Below, piece after piece: positions 42,021 through 43,214 of a stretch of 43,214 bases of DNA (positions are counted from its first letter, which is position 1; every line of letters begins with the position of its first letter). The notes under the pieces are model-generated. The model saw only the letters and a program-made list of their open reading frames with translations, was not told the origin of the DNA and made no database searches. Origin of the DNA: a virus; IMG/VR virus record IMGVR_UViG_3300029576_000011; one strand, 5' to 3'. A program made the translations under genes and the position numbers.

Positions 42021-43070
42021 ATGAAAGGATATAAGCACCTGACGGAGTTTGACCGGAACAAGATCGCCAGAATGAGAAAAGAGGGCGCCACCATGCGCGA
42101 GATCGGCGCGGCCCTGCACGTCAGCGCCGCCACCGTCTGCCGCGAGATCAAACGCGGGACATACACCTACATGAACGCGGATTATATCGAAGTGACCGAG
42201 TACATACCGGAGCGGTCACAAGCCCGCTACCGGGCCAACATGGCGGCCAAGGGCGGCCCCCTGAAAATTGGAAGTGATCGCCGGTACGCCGAAACCCTGG
42301 AGGCGCTGATTGCTGACGACAATTACAGCCCGGAGGCAGCCCTGCATGAGATTGAGAACCACCCGGAAAAGTACGGCAGCTTTGAAACGCGGATCTGCCG
42401 CCAAACCATTTATGCCTATATTGACAAGGGAGTTTTTCTCCGCCTGACCAATAAGGCGCTGCCGTTCAAGGGTTCCCGGCGGAAGAAGAAAACCAAGCAC
42501 GTCCAGCGGGCGAAACAGCAGCCAAAGGGTGAGAGCATAGAAAAGCGCCCGCCGGAGATCGACGGGCGCCAGGAGTTCGGCCACTGGGAAATGGATCTGG
42601 TGGTTTCCTGCAGGGGCGGGCATAAGTGCCTCCTGGTGCTGACCGAGCGCGTCACCCGCATGGAGGTGATCCGCCTGATCCGCGATAAATCCGCGGCCAG
42701 CGTCGTCCGTGCGCTGGACACCATGGAACGGAAATGGGGCGCCCGCTTCCCGCAGGTATTCCAATCTATTACCATGGACAACGGAAGCGAGTTTGCGGAC
42801 TATATCGGGATCGAACGGTCCGTATATAAACGCTGTGAGAGCAAGCGCACCCGGACATATTACTGTCACCCATACTGCAGTAGTGAGCGAGGAAGCAACG
42901 AAAAACAAAACCAGATGATCCGGCGGAAGTTCCCCAAGGGGACAAACTTTGATAAGGTCACCCAAAAAGACGTGGAGGCGGTGGAAAGCTGGCTGAACAG
43001 ATACCCCCGCCAACTGCTGGGTTGGGCCTCTGCCGGGCAGCTGTTTGAGGGCTATTTGCAGACCGTCTAA
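42021..43070 (+). CDS. IS30-family DDE transposase / integrase-like recombinase
   Basis: N-terminal HTH (LTEFDRNKIARMRKEGATMREIGAAL...CREIKRG); DDE triad context GHWEMDLV, ITMDNGSEF, CSSERGSNEKQNQMIRR. Confidence 0.85.
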   Translation: MKGYKHLTEFDRNKIARMRKEGATMREIGAALHVSAATVCREIKRGTYTYMNADYIEVTEYIPERSQARYRANMAAKGGPLKIGSDRRYAETLEALIADDNYSPEAALHEIENHPEKYGSFETRICRQTIYAYIDKGVFLRLTNKALPFKGSRRKKKTKHVQRAKQQPKGESIEKRPPEIDGRQEFGHWEMDLVVSCRGGHKCLLVLTERVTRMEVIRLIRDKSAASVVRALDTMERKWGARFPQVFQSITMDNGSEFADYIGIERSVYKRCESKRTRTYYCHPYCSSERGSNEKQNQMIRRKFPKGTNFDKVTQKDVEAVESWLNRYPRQLLGWASAGQLFEGYLQTV

Positions 43071-43101
43071 AAATATTTTTTCGTTTTGTTACACTTTCCT
43101 A

Positions 43102-43130
43102 TTGACATTTGCCACCGAAAATGCTATCAA
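43102..43130 (+). promoter_or_regulatory. promoter upstream of the first early gene (across the circle junction)
   Basis: TTGACA (43102-43107), 17-nt spacer ending in TGC, TATCAA (43125-43130); shares the 13-mer CCTATTGACATTT with the promoter at 41009. Confidence 0.5.
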
Positions 43131-43214
43131 TAAGAGTAACAAAGGGAAAACCCCTTGTTACTCTTATTTTTTTGTCGAAAGAACGAGAGATAAACAATGA
43201 AAGTTATGAACAGA
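43116..43214. repeat. Terminal direct repeat, copy 2
   Basis: Identical to 1-99. Confidence 0.9.

Larger units (their letters stand above)
1..43115. mobile_element. Complete circular genome of a contractile-tailed dsDNA phage (unit length 43115 bp)
   Basis: Bases 1-99 are identical to 43116-43214 (overlap of a circular assembly). Full set of terminase, portal, protease, capsid, sheath, tube, tape measure, baseplate, fibre and lysis genes, almost all on the + strand. Confidence 0.85.

Noticed and set aside
41993-43098. Possible IS boundaries around the transposase (GAAAGTG at 42003 versus its complement at 43092-43098; direct ATATTTTTT at 41993 and 43074)
   Set aside because: The inverted match is only 7 bp. 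The direct repeat coincides with T-tracts and is longer than IS30-type target duplications. This is insufficient to call a discrete IS element.
1-43214. Search by eye for CRISPR arrays, tRNA/tmRNA genes and rRNA fragments in the intergenic regions (7031-7226, 13544-14061, 22737-22863, 35688-36088, 40710-41354, 41553-41715)
   Set aside because: No regularly spaced repeat-spacer pattern and no tRNA-like T-arm/acceptor signatures were seen. A tRNAscan/Infernal run would be needed to be certain.

Overview
The window is a closed circle: bases 1-99 are identical to 43116-43214, so it represents one complete 43,115-bp genome of a contractile-tailed dsDNA phage. Composition is high-GC. Strong GGAGG ribosome-binding sites, a lipobox lipoprotein and a CHAP+LysM endolysin suggest a Gram-positive, probably clostridial, host (inference). 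Nearly all genes are on the + strand, in this order: (1) 82-13543, an early/DNA-metabolism arm with three orphan DNA methyltransferases (MT-A70, SPPY-type, C5), HD hydrolase, SLT transglycosylase, an HUH Rep-like protein, DUF4406, Gp37/Gp68, ASCH, DUF1064 and a sigma-like late regulator. (2) 13544-14061, a structured non-coding region holding a promoter plus terminator-bounded short transcript and GC-rich inverted repeats, a candidate cos region. (3) 14062-22282, a lambda-like packaging/head module (small terminase, GpA-type large terminase, gpW, lambda-family portal, prohead protease, capsid). (4) 22314-22736, a minus-strand lipoprotein moron with its own promoter, operators and terminator. 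(5) 22864-35144, a P2/Mu-like tail and baseplate module, including a -1 frameshifted tail chaperone. (6) 35010-37137, a diversity-generating retroelement (DGR): the VR at the C-terminus of the 902-aa tail fibre and a TR differ at 16 positions, all of them template adenines. An Avd-like gene and a DGR-type reverse transcriptase accompany them, but the RT reading frame is broken. (7) 38332-40709, a lysis cassette. (8) 40755-41958, a regulatory region with a leftward operon of tiny membrane peptides, a candidate cis-antisense RNA with consensus promoter and terminator, divergent promoters with three direct-repeat operators, and RHH and XRE regulators. (9) 42021-43070, an IS30-family DDE transposase, the only recombinase present. 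No tRNA, rRNA or CRISPR array was seen. All calls rest on reading the sequence and recalled family motifs; no searches were run.
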